64,000 bases of DNA from Oikopleura dioica (taxonomy: Eukaryota > Animalia > Chordata), in assembly GCA_907165135.1 (NCBI GenBank), contig OU015568.1, forward strand, positions 11,408,001 through 11,472,000, given 5' to 3'. The notes below the pieces were generated by a model. The model was given only the letters and a program-made list of their open reading frames with translations, had not been told where the DNA came from and did not search any database. A program made the translations under genes and the position numbers. Positions 1 to 14,161 of the stretch are shown here, one piece after another (position 1 is the stretch's first letter; each line of letters opens with the position of its first letter).

Positions 1-3000
1 GTGGATATGCTTACCAGCCATGAAAGAGCCGTGTATGACATGCGTGAGGGTAGCAACAATCCTTCCGGTTTTGACTAGCGTGTATTCAAATTCATTTCCC
101 CCTTTAGGAACTCTCAGCCGAGTCAAGTAAGGGTCTATCTTCTATTTCCGCGCGCACAATAGAAGTTGTTCTTTTATTTAATATTCGCTATTTACCCAGC
201 TTTACGATTATCGCTCCCTTTTTTACGTTCACTTGTTTGGCGATTTTGGCTTTTTGACTTGTAAATCAGCTGTAAAATTTATGTATTCTGGTCACGAAAT
301 TTCTGGCACTTGGCCATGGAAAATTTTACGCAGTATTGTGCCGTTTTTATTCAACATAATCCCACTCCCTTCCTCCCGTCCCTACCCGGTAATTACTCAA
401 AAGATGGCTATTTTCTCAAGTTTGAGTCTCGCACTCGCCCATTTCGAAAAGGTCAATTTGAGGTCAAACAGGTAGCCGTCTTTGAACTGTCCGTCATTTT
501 TTCGTTTTTACGGTAGGGCGGAAAATTGGACAATTACTCGAAGTCCAAATACATTTGAAGTTATGGCGGCCTCGCTTTTTTATTATAACTTGTTGATACA
601 GATGGAAGTTCCTCAAAAGTTTTGTCGAGATCTTATTGCACCTTAAAGAAGTTAATCTACTTCAATCATATTGATTTCGTTCCCTCCTTTTCTCCCGTAA
701 AATCGTAATCTGACTGTTACAGTACCCGCTTGTACCCCTTTTCCAAAGCGAAAGCGGGTCCGTAATCCCACCGGAACTGATGGCAATCCGCTTTCCTTAT
801 CAACACCGCACAGAAAAAGGTCACACCAATGGTTTCCCTTGCCAAACATTCCACCATGTTGTCACACTCGTACGGGTGCGACCAACAACAGCTGAAATAT
901 GTTCCCTCGAAGGATGACCCGTGTCGAAAGTGTTTTGGGCAGAAAATTCAATTTTTTAACTTAAAAGTCGTTAAATATTTACCCTCATTGTACGTCGAAA
1001 TTAAGGCCTTGTCTGTAAATAATGCATCGCGAGTTTAGAAAGGCGCCAAAGTCAAGACCAATTTTGAGCGTGCTCGAGCGGTTAATATAATTAACCACGC
1101 GCAGCTGGACCATTCCAAAAATGGCCATGATTCAATTTAACTTTCGCTATGCAAAATATACAGTTGCTTTTATCAGCAACATGCGGCAAATGGGTTTATA
1201 TCAAAAGAAGTGGTATATAATTATGTGAAATAATATTGATCTCGGAGACGCTCTGTCAAGGAGCCAAAGTAAATCCAAGGAGGCTATAATTGACAGCTCC
1301 GGAGGGATCATCCCCGTTTTTTCAGCACCAAATCAAAAGTCTCCTATTACCCGTCTTATTGTTTCCTTATCTTTTGCGAGCATGAAAATATCCCCGTGAG
1401 AGCGATCCTTTACAGTAGAAAAAGAAGTCATTCTGTACATATTCAGAAGAGAAATAACGATTTACATAATTTATACGACCACGGGACGCCATTCATTTAA
1501 CGTTTTATTGTAAATATCAAACACTCCATCTGTCTCAGATCCATTTGTAGATTCCTTCCTTTCGTTCTAGTTCTGAACTGATATTTTTCGCCTTTTTGAC
1601 CAAAAATCGCCGCGAGAGAACCATCAGAAAATCAAGGGTACAATAACTTTTTCTTTTCAAAGAGATCAAAGCCAAGACCCGAAGAACTGTAACGGCCGGA
1701 TATCCATTGGTAGACCCTTATTTGACCGGAAGTCCGCTCCAATAAATCTGCCCGCGCCTGACCGTCGGCTGAGATAACAAAAAACGCAGCGCTTGTTTCA
1801 CATGATTCGGGTTCAATTTGAGGTGGTACTTCCTCTGGAAAATATCATTTTAGAACGACTGAGAACCGATCAAGCGAAATTCAGAGGGTGCTCATATCTG
1901 CTTGTCATATGTTAATCTTAATAACCAGGGTGCTACATCCTCTTTCCGATAAAAATAGCCTAGATAAAACTGACATCCGAAAGCTGTCAGATCCGCTTAC
2001 AGTTATTAGTACCCTTCTGATAATTTTGCCTGCGGCAGCCCAAAAGTGTCCTCTGAAAATCAATACATGCTAATCTCAACGCCCTCGATCGGGAGGCTAC
2101 TGATAGATCGACCTGGATCCCCGTTGTCAAACTCTAATTTCTAATTAATTCTTATCAAGCGTTTGGTGAGCGTTTCTGAACACTTTCTTAGTTTTTGAGA
2201 GTTACGAAGAGATGGAACAATGCCTCCAGAGAGCTCAAATTGAAGTTGACTTGGAAAATGCTCTGAAAGGTAGATTAAGTTTTTTTTTCTAAATATACAT
2301 TTCTAATTTAAAGATTTGCATCAAAACACTTTGCATTGTCTACAAGGAAGTTTAAAACGACCTCCAGAACGGCCACGAACTCCAAAGCGACAAGGTAATG
2401 ATAAGATAACAACAGTAGGACATCTCCCCGGGCCCACGCTGTGAAGCGACAATAAACGTCCATTGGAAAAGCTTTGATCACGCTCTCGCACTTCCGCAGA
2501 GCTCATTTTCAAAACTGATTTCGGTAATCCCACACAAAGGGTTCAAAACACATACCGATAATGGATCACTAGTTCCCAATAGTCAACGTCTCATCAACGG
2601 GAGCGAATCCTAATTACCCAAATGATTTATTAACCGCTTTTTTGTACTGCATTTTTTTTTATATTTTTCATACTCTGTAGGTGCCAGTTTCTACAGTTGG
2701 CAAAATTAGGCACTCGTTGATGCATATGAGCTCTTTTCCAAAATAGTGGTTGCTTTATTACCGCGCTAATGGGCTCCGGCTTGTCCCTTCGGATTTAAAC
2801 TGTTCAAATTGACAAACTGACTCAGGCGGCAGCGTGAGCTTCAACCCTCCCGGGAGTGTTTCATCCTTTGACGATTCCTTCAAACCAGATACCAGCTGCA
2901 GTCCGACAAGAGAAAGGTATAGAATATTTGTCGTTTAAGTTCTCGGGATCTAATCAAAAAGAGTCGTGGAAGATGTTGTTCGAGGCCTAAGATGGCGGCA

Positions 3001-3258
3001 GGAATCCTCATTACTTGGCGGATGATCCGCCAGATCGATCCCGCCGCCCTGTTATAATTACACGAGCCTCATTTCACTTGCTACCAGAGGCTTTTCCAAG
3101 AGATATAAACTTTATTTTTAAGCATTTCGATCTGTGGAGTTTCCAGTACAAGTGGAGACTCGGCAATTTCAACGGCGCACTCTTCAAGTGAAATTTCAAA
3201 AACTTCCTGTCAAAAATCCACCCCCGAGTTTCAACTATCCCTATTTTTTCTGCAGACA

Positions 3259-4686
3259 ATGGCGACCCTTGAAGAAACCCGCAAGAGTTTGGACGAGAAG
3301 ACGGAGAAAAAGTCCCTATCGGAATCGCTGAACTTGTCAGATTACTCGCCGGGAACGTCAAACTTCGACTCAGGTATTCTTGAATGACATGACACGGAGT
3401 TAATTATTTGGGCGCGGGACCGAAGCCAAGTTATGATTTCGATTTGAGTTTTTCAGACAAGGGCTCTCAAAAATGACATCTTATAAGATTGTTTTCAGAG
3501 CGACTTGTGGGAAAGTCACAACCGTTACATACTGATCTTGCTATTTTATAAGCTTCAGGGTCGATAATCAAGTAATAATATCTTTTAGATTCAGAAGAAG
3601 ACTTCGACTTCCCTGGCCCCCCTCTTTACATCGATGTCACTCCGCCTGGGACACCTACTCCTGGATCGCGCAAGTCCAGTGGAACATTTTCGAACTTTGA
3701 TCGTCACTCGAGCGGCAACGATTCGAGGGTAAGTTCCCGTGTAATCCTCCTTGTGCCCTATCCCCTTACTTCTTTCATGAATTCCCTAAACAAATAACTC
3801 TCTGTGATGTTCAATATACCATGGAAAAGTAGTAGATCTAGTGGGCGTTATCACTAAAATAAATAGACTTGTTCAATAAGATCGTTTAGACGGCGACATT
3901 GCAGTCCAACTCGACTGTCATGAGCTCCAATCTTTCGTCGATATTCTCCGGTGGAACCTGCATCGAAACTCCGGGCGCAATAAAATCGTCTTACCGCGGC
4001 TCTGAGTTTCATTACAATAATCTCGGCTCATCTTTCAATAATTCAAAAGACGACGTTCTTGCATGCAACGATTCGGATGAAGTTTTTGCGAAAACCGCAA
4101 TGATCCAAATGCCCTCTGGGGAGAGTCCAATTAGGCGCTGCTTATCAACTCCTGAATTTGCCCAGCAATTACTCTCTTCCCACATGAAATGCAAAAACTG
4201 CCAAGGTAGGTTCTTATAATATTTGCATGACAAATGATTATTTTACTATTGTAAGCCTGAATTTTCCCCAGACTATTAAGGATTTTAAGAAATGTAAAAG
4301 GTATCGAATAAAACCAGCTCTTCAGTTGATAGTATTCAGCTACTATCAAAAGAATGCATTCAATCCAAAACTTATTTACATATCCTCATCATCAACAATT
4401 CGCAAATCGAGCTAATATGCTAAAAATAATCTCCTCATTAATTCCAATGGCTAACTTAATATATTCAGTGTTGAAGGAATCCCTGCAGGGATTGCTCAAG
4501 GACTGCTCCGAAATGAACGGTCTGCTGCGAACGCTTCTTGAAATCCTCACTGCGCAGGATTCTTGCGCAGCTCCACAGAAGCACTTCAGAGGAGTTGGAG
4601 ACAGACTTTCCTCAATCGATCACGTTATAAAAAAGAAACAGCGCGATATAGATACAATTATTGAAGCCGTGGAGCAATCACTGTAG
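3259..4686 (+). CDS. Putative multi-exon orphan gene (S/T/P-rich, C-terminal helical segment)
   Basis: ATG after a TTTTTCTGCAG acceptor; open exon-like blocks near 3259-3375, 3590-3729, 3890-4207 and 4447-4686 with plausible GT/AG borders; no recognisable family. Confidence 0.3.
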
Positions 4687-5110
4687 TATTTCGGCCTTAC
4701 TGTACATTTTCATTCTATCAGTCACCAGTTTCTTCAACTCCCATTGACCTGCTTTTATATTAAGTCCATTGTCTTGTCATGTAATATTTTGTGAAATACA
4801 ACGAAAACCAACTTTACGAAAGAGTTTTCTATGACACCGTTTGTTTTATATTAACCCAAGCTGGGGAGTCTATGCTCTCCGACCACAGTTATCACAGAGG
4901 GTTCCCTAAAGTATAAAACAAACGGTGTCTATGCATTCTTTTATAATTATTTCGGTTTATTTCGGACACGATATAACATAGAATGAACTTCAAATAATTG
5001 CCTAATTTGCCTAAAAACATCTTAGAACACAGAATTTCGTATTGCACGCTTCATGATATACAGTAGTAAGAACCTAGGGAAATGCTCGGGTAAATTGATG
5101 GTATGGTTGA

Positions 5111-5857
5111 TTATTTGTCCTTCTTTTCTTCTTTCTTGTCGACTTCAGTTTTGGAACCCTTCTTGGTCCAAAGCTTGATGCACTTTCGGCCTCGAGTGAA
5201 GCCGGTTGAGATCATCTTTAAAATATGTTAATTATAGTTTCACGGACGTAATACCTCGCCAAAGCAAAGAATAAATCCATAAATGACGATCGCCCTTGGG
5301 TAACCCATGATTGTTCGTCGGTAGCCTTGAGAGTTCATGTATTTGATGAGCTCTTCGTGATGCTCCCAAGCGCCCCAGATAAGTGGAGGAAGACCGAAGA
5401 GAAGGATTCCCCAAACGTACATGGTCATTCGCTTGACATTGTTCTGAAATGACTATAAAAATACAGATAAAAGTGAGTTACTAACCTTGGCACAAGCGCT
5501 CCAGCCAATAACTGTTGGGATAAATGTTCCAATCGTTGCGAGTTCCCAAAGAAAAGGCTCTGGAGTCGCTTTCGTGGTGATCAAGTACATTTTCTGAAAC
5601 GAATGAAGAGTTGAATATTCATCAAATATTTCACCTTGTATTTTTTCATGAAGTAATGAGCCGCTACAATACCATTGGCGATGAATGTAAAGAGCAGATA
5701 CCACTTGAGGCTTGCTTTTGCAGTTTTAGATTCTAAAATGTCAACATAAATTAAAATTGAGATAAAATTACTGACCTTTGTAGTGATCAGCGACTTTCTC
5801 TCTGTACTTGGAGTCAGAGCCATCGTTAGTCACAACTTGCTTTCCTTTACTAGACAT
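5111..5857 (-). CDS. JAGN1: Jagunal homolog 1, ER membrane protein
   Basis: Spliced translation MSSKGKQVVTNDGSDSKYREKVADHY...EPFLWE...GLPPLIWG...KCIKLW matches the JAGN1 pattern (GTDGSDFxHRERVAxHY, PYxWE, PLIYG). Confidence 0.9.
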
Positions 5858-5899
5858 TCTAAAAGCAATAAAATGTAAAAAACGTACAAATTGACCCAT

Positions 5900-7055
5900 T
5901 CAGTCTTCCATGCGACAGCCCTTTTCCATCATCTCGCTCAAAGTGTCCGTATTCTTTTCTTTCTTCATTTCCAACACTTCTTTGTACGCTGGCTCTGTCG
6001 GGGGCTGAACAGGTTTGAGAGACACGTATCCTTCCGGGAGATTGTATGAAACGTCAGAACTCCATCCATCCAGGTCGCCACAAACAACAAAAGGAACAAA
6101 ATGTCTGTTTGCTGGATCTTTTCTTCGTTGATCTCTTTCATATGCGGTTTCTTCGTAATCAACATCTTTCATAAGTGGATTCCGAAGACTATCAGAGGCG
6201 TTCAAACGGACATTACTTTGAAAAAATGGTATATGTTTTGCGCTCTTTCCTAGGGACAAACCCTTCTGGTGGGCAGTAGTCTATTGCAACAACAAACGCC
6301 TCTATCGACGATGCTCTGGAACTTCTTGGCTAAGAAAGAGTCGTCAAATCAAGTATCGCAACAAAGTACTCACTTTAGCAAGGTATACTTTTTTGAAGAA
6401 CATTTGGAACTGGTGGAATATCAAGTCGGAATCTCTCCCGCGGAAAATTTTGGAGACGAAGGTGCCACCCGGTCTCATCACAAATGTCGAGATGTTGAAG
6501 GCGGCGAGGAGGAGCTGCGATTGAATGTATTCATCCAAGTCGTGAAGACCAGTTACATCGGGCGCTCCGTCACAAACAACTAGGTCTGCATTTCCTCCGT
6601 CGAAATGCGAAATTATTTCGTCAGAAGTCTTCTGGGAAGTTATATCACCTTGCAGGCAAATAACATTATCTAACACCTAGTTCAGAAAATAGTCTATAAG
6701 GCGATAAAACTTTTCTTCTGAACCGTTCCTATCGGTGCCATCGGCTGTAAGTCTACGGAAACTATCTTTGCATCTTCCTTTTCTTTCAACTTTTTGGAAA
6801 GGACCTGTGACCAGCTCCCTGGTGCTGCGCAAAGATCGACAACTTTTGTGACATCTTTGAACAGATCAAATCGCTCGTCAATTTGCAATAGCTTGAATGC
6901 TGATCGAGCTCTTATTTAGGGATAATAATTGTAACTGGGTATTTTCTCGAACATTTTGGTCAAAAATATGAAACAATTCAAGTCCCTTTCCTCCAGCCTT
7001 GCTCTTTGGCTAATCTGTAGTAAATGTCTCTTTTATCTTTGGAGCGAATACCCAT
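5900..7055 (-). CDS. FTSJ1: tRNA (cytidine32/guanosine34) 2'-O-methyltransferase
   Basis: [84 protein letters not shown]; 4 introns, 3 of them GA-AG. Confidence 0.97.
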
Positions 7056-7125
7056 TCTACTGAATTAAAACTCATCAGTTCGTGTTTTCCGTGAGTGTTG
7101 TACAGAAAGAACCAGTTGAACTGTA

Positions 7126-10100
7126 TTATTTCATACATAATAATCCGCGGATTTCAAAAACGGCAGTTTCAAGAAGCTTTGTGGAGTGAAAGTGACGCCT
7201 CATGAGCATATTGCGTGGGTTCGATTGGTTCTCGTTGATGATTTCCATCAACGGTTTGAATGCATCTTCAAAAATGTTCAATAAGAAATTTCTAAACTTG
7301 GGACAAGTTGATGCTTATTGAACTTTTCCTTGAATTCGGTGCTTCTGATTGTCCGTGCATTGCCCACTTTTCTCCTGGATAAGTATTCTGAACTTTTCTG
7401 GAAACGAGGTTGCCTAAAGCATCTGTAAGAGCTGCTAGAATTTGTTCAAAGAACCAAATGAAGAAAGGAAGCAAGGCAAGCTGGCAGCATATCATAGTCA
7501 CTCGCATATTTGAGCAGCGAGTCAAAAACAAAAGGCATAAGGCTAATGAGTGAAGCTCCAAGATTAGCTGGATGACTACCGACCTGAATGCTTGTTGAAA
7601 ATTTGAAAAATTTTTCATGCTTACCGATTTTGCTTTCAAAAAATAATTACTGAGGGCTTCGATGCTCTCAAGTGCAATCTTCATCGCATCGGTGCCAAAG
7701 TGAGTGAGTCCCAATTGAAGCGATTGCATTAATGACGTGAACAGATTTTCAGGAAGCTTGGCTAGTTTTTCGGGGTAAAGTTCACACAGTGAATTGAGCA
7801 AGTCAAAGTACGCGATTGCTAGTGAAGGGTAGTTAAAGCCCTCGGTGCCCATCAGAGGAAGGACAATTGTCAGACCAGCGAGGGAAACCTGAAAATATGA
7901 TTCAGTGAATGGATAATTAAGTGGATGATTTACCTCAGCAGGCGAGACAAAGTTCTCCCCTCCACCAGTTTTGTTTTCTTTGGCTGGTGAGGTGAAATCG
8001 TAGACTTCGACATCGAGAACTTTTGTGATCAGGCTAATAATTTGAGTGAACTCTTCAACTGTTTCGTCGTCCATATCTTTAAGGTTTCGACCCTGATTCC
8101 ATCTACTGTGAGTTCGTAAAATTTCTAGGAAGACGAGCAAAAATGGCTGCGTTCGTTTTTCTTCGAGATATGCAAGTAATTTGCTAGCAAGGGCAGCACA
8201 CAAAGTAAAGATTTGAATTGAGATATCTACAAAACTCGTTGGAAACAGGCATATGAATGAATAGGCTTACCAGAGCTGCCTCTTACAGTTTGTACGATTG
8301 CTGGCATTTCTTTGATAAAAGGAAGCACAAACTCGGCGACGGACTCAGCATTATCTGGGGTGACACCTTCGACACAACCTGTCAATCTTTCCAGAATTGT
8401 GACAAGCTCGTTTCTGACTACTTGATTGGCAAAAGATGCAGTCGCCAATCTGGCGAATCTGTCTTGAAGCGGTTTAATTGTTTCACCCAGTTTTTGAAGG
8501 GTCGGCAAGCCACCAGAGGAGCCAGCAGTGAGAATAACCTTCATAAGATATCTCTGAAATACAACTGGTGTTCTTGAATAACCACATTCGGAGTCTCGGC
8601 AGAACACTTCAGCTATCGACCACAATTTGACATTTTCGCCTACAAGCTTGGCCTTCTTCCCTGACTTCTTCAGTAGTGACATGAGCGTCTCCGCACTACC
8701 GATCAAGATCTTCTCTTCTCCAGACCACGCAGAGAAAGTCAAGAGCGAAAACTCAACAATCTCATTAAGCAAGCTCATGGCAGACTCAGTGTCTCTTCCG
8801 AAAACTGACTGAAGTGCAGGCGACACCGTCGAGAAATGATCTTCCTCAAACCAGAGATATGCTTCCGCAATTCGTTGCAGAAGCCATCTGAGGTCTTCAC
8901 TTGCTTGAGGTGACCAGAGCCCTTGGAAGTTTGCTTCCATCGCAGCCTTTTCTACTTGCATTAGTTTAAAAACTACACCAATCAGTTGAGCAGTAATATC
9001 TTGCGAGTTCCCGATATTATCCGCCATCGCAGCATTTTGCTTCAAACTCGCACTCATAATTTCCTGTGGTATATATTTCATCTCTCCGGAATCCGTCTCG
9101 TCGGCAAGCATATGTCCTATCGACAGCATTATCCAATGGATGTCCTCCCAAAGCGCAGTTCTTATTGTCCCTCTTTCTTTCAAAGTATTCGTTATTTCAT
9201 CTAGTCTCCTGTTCAAAAGCAATCCAAGATGTGTCATTGTGTCACCAATAGACAATCTCGCCATGTTTCCAATTGCCGCGAGCTGTGTATCGAAAACAAT
9301 CGCATCATCCTCTTCTAACTCGTCGATCTCGTCATCATCGTCATCGTGGTCGATGCGCTCGCCATCCGGTGGTGAGAGCTTCGACCAAACCCAAGCTCTC
9401 CAAACCTGCAGCGAGTTTGGAGAAACGATATTTGCTACGAAGAACGTTTAGCCAAATAATCATTCAGTAAGATTACCTAAAGCTTCTGTTGTTGCGAAAT
9501 TAGTCATGACATAAATCCAAGCGTCGGTTGAAAAATCAAGCCCTTGTTGATATTCTTCAGATTTCTTTGCATTCTCAATCATAGAACATGTCCATTGTGC
9601 GAGACAGGAAAGTACTGGCGGGAAATATCTCTCAATCATGCTCCAAATGTGGACACTTCGATTTTCGATAAAATGTTTGAATGCGTAAGACAGTCCCGTC
9701 GACTCATGCTCCTAGGAGGTATTTTTACACTGATTTCCAGAAACAAAGAAAAGTACCTGCGCTGGCATCCAATTAGGAAGACTGCCCTGGAAAAGCTTGA
9801 TAATATTTGCAGCCCATTCAGCTTCGACCTGGTGATCATGAAGGCAGGATCCTTTCAAGGAGCAAATCTGTTGAATACAGCTGGACGAAATACTCCCAAG
9901 CTCAGGGCTTCGCCGAACGAGACCATGAGTTGAGAACCAAACTTTTAAAAACTCTGCAGAAGTTACAAATTCTTTCCAACTTTCGGGCGGGTTGAACATG
10001 ACATCGACGGTCTTATCCTCTCTAATCAGAGATATACGCGACGCTTTTCCATGCGTGAATCTCCAAGATAGTATTAAATGTCCGATTTCCAAGAACTTCT

Positions 10101-10784
10101 TGACCATCAAGTAATTCTGTATCGCCTCGGGATTGGCAATCAAATGACGCAAGAAGTTCATTACCAAGCTAAAATTATCTTCCAAGCAGTTGCTCTCATA
10201 GTACTTCTTTGCTTTCTGATGGCCTTCTATCGACAATCCAATGAAGGAGCTTTTTCCTGTCCCAGAGTATTCCTGAACCACGGCGCAAATGAGACTTGCT
10301 GCCAGAACTTGACCATGGGGCTGACTTGAACTCGCGAATTCTTGAACTTTTTGTTGGACGATTTGAAGACCCTTTGCGTCGTTATTTTGGCCACTGTTTC
10401 TTTTAACAGCGATGGCGACGATCATCACCAGCTGCTCTCGAACTTGTGCCGTACACTCATTTTTCTCAATCAGCTGGAGAAGATCGAGAGCCAGTTGAAT
10501 CAAAGCATCAGATGTTAACTCAACAGACTCACGAGCGAAGGCACTTTTCAAAGATACAGAAGCCTGAAATTGAACTCCCGGATCCTAAGTAATTCATTAT
10601 CAACTTGAAATTTTAGGATGCAAACCTGGCAATTCCGAAGAATATCTCCGCAGTCCTGAATAGATGCCTTTCGCCGAAACTCGAGCAAGTATTCCTCGGC
10701 ATCTTTTCTTTTCTCAGCCCCAACTTGCTGTGGCGGCGCGATTACTGTTGAACATGCGACAATCAAGTCCTCGAGTTTGAACAT
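7126..10784 (-). CDS. XPO4: Exportin-4
   Basis: N-terminal ...APPQQVGAEKRKDAEEYLLEFR, acidic DDDDEIDELEEDD loop, LWEDIHWIMLSIGHMLADE, C-terminus IRGLLCMK* (XPO4-type GLLCVK). Confidence 0.9.
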
Positions 10785-11290
10785 AGTTTATTGTTTATTT
10801 CTTTTTCTCTTGGAAGAACCAAGGGATTTTACGATTTTCGATGAGGAATTTTAGTGATGAACCATCCGATCAAGAAAATCACTAATGAAGGAAACAATTA
10901 ATTCGCAAATTTATGAAACTTGAAAGGCAGCTTGTGAAACAGCACAATGATGAAGGAAGATTAAAGCAAGTCAAAGAAGGTGAGGTTTGTTAGTGCAAAA
11001 GTTGAAAAGGAAGCTCACAATTGTAATGATAACTAAGACAAGAAGTGACAAGAGGGCTCAATAGTGAGGAATTAGTGATTTGGTGAAGGTAAAACGAGCA
11101 TTAAAAGTATTCTTGAGTAGTGAAAATCTTATGAATTGAAGGATTTAGCCAGTGAAGTAAAATCAGGATAATTTAGAAAATTTAGCGAAGATAACTTGTT
11201 TTTGCATCGCATTTTCGTGTGAAGTGTTTATGGAGGGACAACATTAATGCTTTATGGGTTGGCGAATTTGTCTTAGAGCTACTCATTCAG

Positions 11291-13531
11291 CTAATTTTTC
11301 CAACCGTTCCTTGGTCGTCGAGAAGGATCATCATGTCTTCCAAGATTCAAAGGGCAGACGAGCTCATCATCTCCTGCTGAGCCGACTGACTTTTTAGATC
11401 CAAAGAAAGCCTTCTTCTTTCGCTTTAATCGAGCTGTAAGGGGCATCGGCATGCCATTCCTGAGGATGTAGTCTCGTTTCGACTTAGAAAAAATGGGTTA
11501 GTGAGTGATTCTTGGTGGTTCCTTACTTCAAATTGCTGGTCAGATAGAAGTTGATTGAAGCTAGTTTGAAGATGCTTCCTCAACAAGGTCTTCTTCGGAT
11601 TTATGTCAAGCAGATTCGCGAGATGGTCATGGCCAAAGCCAGGCTCTAGCGCTATCAACCCGCCGTGAACACCAGATCCGCGCAAGTTTGGTGCATACTC
11701 CGATAGTTCTATTGATCGAAGCCAGTCCATTATCCGGAATATCGACCATCGTTCAATTTGATCTTGAATACAATATCAGAGATTTCTCTCTTATAAATGA
11801 ACTCACCACAAGCACCAGGTCTGCAAACCATTGTATGAGGATTGAATTTGCTCTGTCTGAGGACTTGAATTCCTCGTTTTATCGATAAATAGTGAATCTG
11901 GCTGCTCACGCCGAGCGAAAGAAGTTCTTCCATCGTGAGTAAGTTCAAGACGCGACCGTCGACTCCATGCTCGTGGAAGGATTTTTTATACTCTGGAAGT
12001 CCGATTTCTTCAAGCCAGTTACAGACCCATCCGGTGCCAAGATTATTCGATTTCTATAAAAACGGTTTTTGATCAGAAGCTTTCGAAGTACGTACCAATT
12101 CATCATCGAGTGCGCGAATCGCTAGTCGTAGTTTTTTCTTGTGAAAGGGATTCGTCATTCCTAGGGACTTCTCTGGATCGCTGACAATAGACGATCCGTC
12201 CTTCACTTTGTCCGCGTACTGCCCCAGGTCCAGGCCCTGTAGCCAGCGAATGGCTTGCGTTCTGTCCCACATCGGAATTCCGCCCATGTCGATCCCAACC
12301 GGCCTACCATAATTAGAACTTGTTGAGTTAGCTTTTCGAGATAAACTTGGGGTCCGAAGACTAAGGAGGCTCTCTTGTGTGCCAATTCGAATTGCGCTAA
12401 TGAAAGAGAGATGAAAAGGGATGAATTGGAGGAGTTTGACTACCTGAAGAATTTTCGAAAAGATTTGCGATTCTTGTCTCTTTCGAATTCTGTCAAAACA
12501 GGATTCGATGTGTTCAACAAATTTGGAGTGGATGCTGTTTTGTTATCACCGCCTGGCGACAGATGCATCGCGTTTACGTCCGAATGAAATGATCTCTGAT
12601 GGGGATGATGTCTGAGGATGAAGAATGAGAGGTTTTGGACTGGTTGCTTCATGTACTTACAGAATATTTCGCATAGGAGGGCTAGAAGCAGAAGATGGCC
12701 TGGTTGAAGTGCACGACTCTGAGATTTCTGAACGGGCCTCGATTCCCTCGTCAGGGGAAAGAATACGCTGATTCACCAAGTTCTGCGCTGGCGATGAAGA
12801 GTACAGCGGATTCATGCCAAGCTCATTTTTCTACATTTTGTTCCGTGAGAATCCTCACGAAGCATTATTCATACCTCGTTATCTGTAGAGTGCGCTCTGG
12901 CGAGTGCGACTTTGAGCTCTGCGATTTGATCCAAATGCAGCATTCGCTCTTTTTCTAAGTCATTTCGTCTTCGTAAAGTCTCTGTCAGTACATCGTCCGC
13001 GTCTCGTAATCTCTGCTTCATTTCTTTCGAATAATTTTATTCCTTGGATAATTTACTTCTTTTTACCTGCGAAAGCGGATCGCTCGGAATGTGGGAAATG
13101 CGAAAAAGTCTCTCTGTAAAACATAATTGTGTCTGGCTGAATGTATTCCAAAAGTGTGCTTCTGTCGATTTTTCCTTCCTTCTCAAGCTCCAGAACGGTA
13201 AGTCTCAGATCGTCAGCCAGATTCGCGACTTCTTTATAAACTTCGATTTCCTCATCTTCGATTTCTGGCTCTGGTTGCAGATTTTTCTCCATAAAATCAT
13301 CCAGAACTCTATTCATGGGATCAAAAAGTGTCTCTTGAGATTGTTTGTGAAGCGAAAATTTTAGTACGGAAATTGCGGGCAAGAAGTACTCCCTTTTGTC
13401 AGTTTAAAAATAAAACTAAGAAAGCTTTAGACAGAAGTGTGAATAGCTCCGTTGACCTGATTAGATTATCGCTTTTGATCATATTTAGATCCCGAAAAGC
13501 TTATCGCGACCTCCAAATTATCAGCCTCCAT
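11291..13531 (-). CDS. PPFIBP1: Liprin-beta (coiled coil + 3 SAM domains); 5' end uncertain
   Basis: SAM2 WVCNWLEEIGLPEYK...HYLSIKRGIQVLR; SAM3 DWLRSIELSEYAPNLRGSGVHGGLIALEP...KTLLRKHL; DDELVCPL motif; coiled coil RNDLEKERMLHLDQIAELK. Confidence 0.85.
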
Positions 13532-13818
13532 GCGAAACGTACCTTCTAAAAAAGTGCATTTTTCAGATTTATTAAATTTGCGCCGATCAGGCGTTTTTTC
13601 GTAACATTATCGCGCTGAATAGACCATGGGCGGAGCGAAGAACATAAATCGACATAAATGGGATGCAATAACACGAAAGAGAAACAAAAACACAAGTTTC
13701 AGAATAAACCTGTGATTCCAGAAAGAACACAGGTACAGTTTTAATTTACTACTGGGCGTATTATCAAAACCACTTGAAGTCATTTGTGCCAGTGAGAACG
13801 AGGAGCAGACTGTCAAAA

Positions 13819-14161
13819 ATGTTCAAGCCAGAGAGAAAAGTGAAATCAGCCTGTTCAAATCATTCACAGAACGGATTAACAGACGATAGTGATTTCCTGG
13901 AATCAGGTTTGAAGTGTAAAAATCCGTTTTTTCTCAATGGAGCCCTTCCTAGATGAAACAATAGTTTTCAAAGGATCACCTTCAAAAGGATCCTCCTCCA
14001 GGGATGAGGCTAAAACACCAATCGAGCCTTCCACAAGTCCGTTTATTCGACCGAAGAATCCAGAGCTACCGAACCTCGCCCTGAGAACTAAACTATCCGA
14101 CGCTAGGATTTTCGCCGCGAAGAACTACAGCAATTCTTCACAGATCTCTACGTACATCTAA
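13819..14161 (+). CDS. Small two-exon orphan protein (about 100 aa)
   Basis: AAAATG start; a GT-AG intron in phase 1 joins MFKPERK...FLES to DETIVFK...ISTYI*; divergent from liprin-beta. Confidence 0.4.

Noticed and set aside
1-2600. Scattered exon-like fragments and short ORFs
   Set aside because: No consistent spliced frame or family motif could be built
2989-3032. YY1-type AAGATGGCGGC site plus a TGGCGGA/TCCGCCA hairpin
   Set aside because: A single motif with no TSS evidence; any link to the YY1-like gene in this window is speculative
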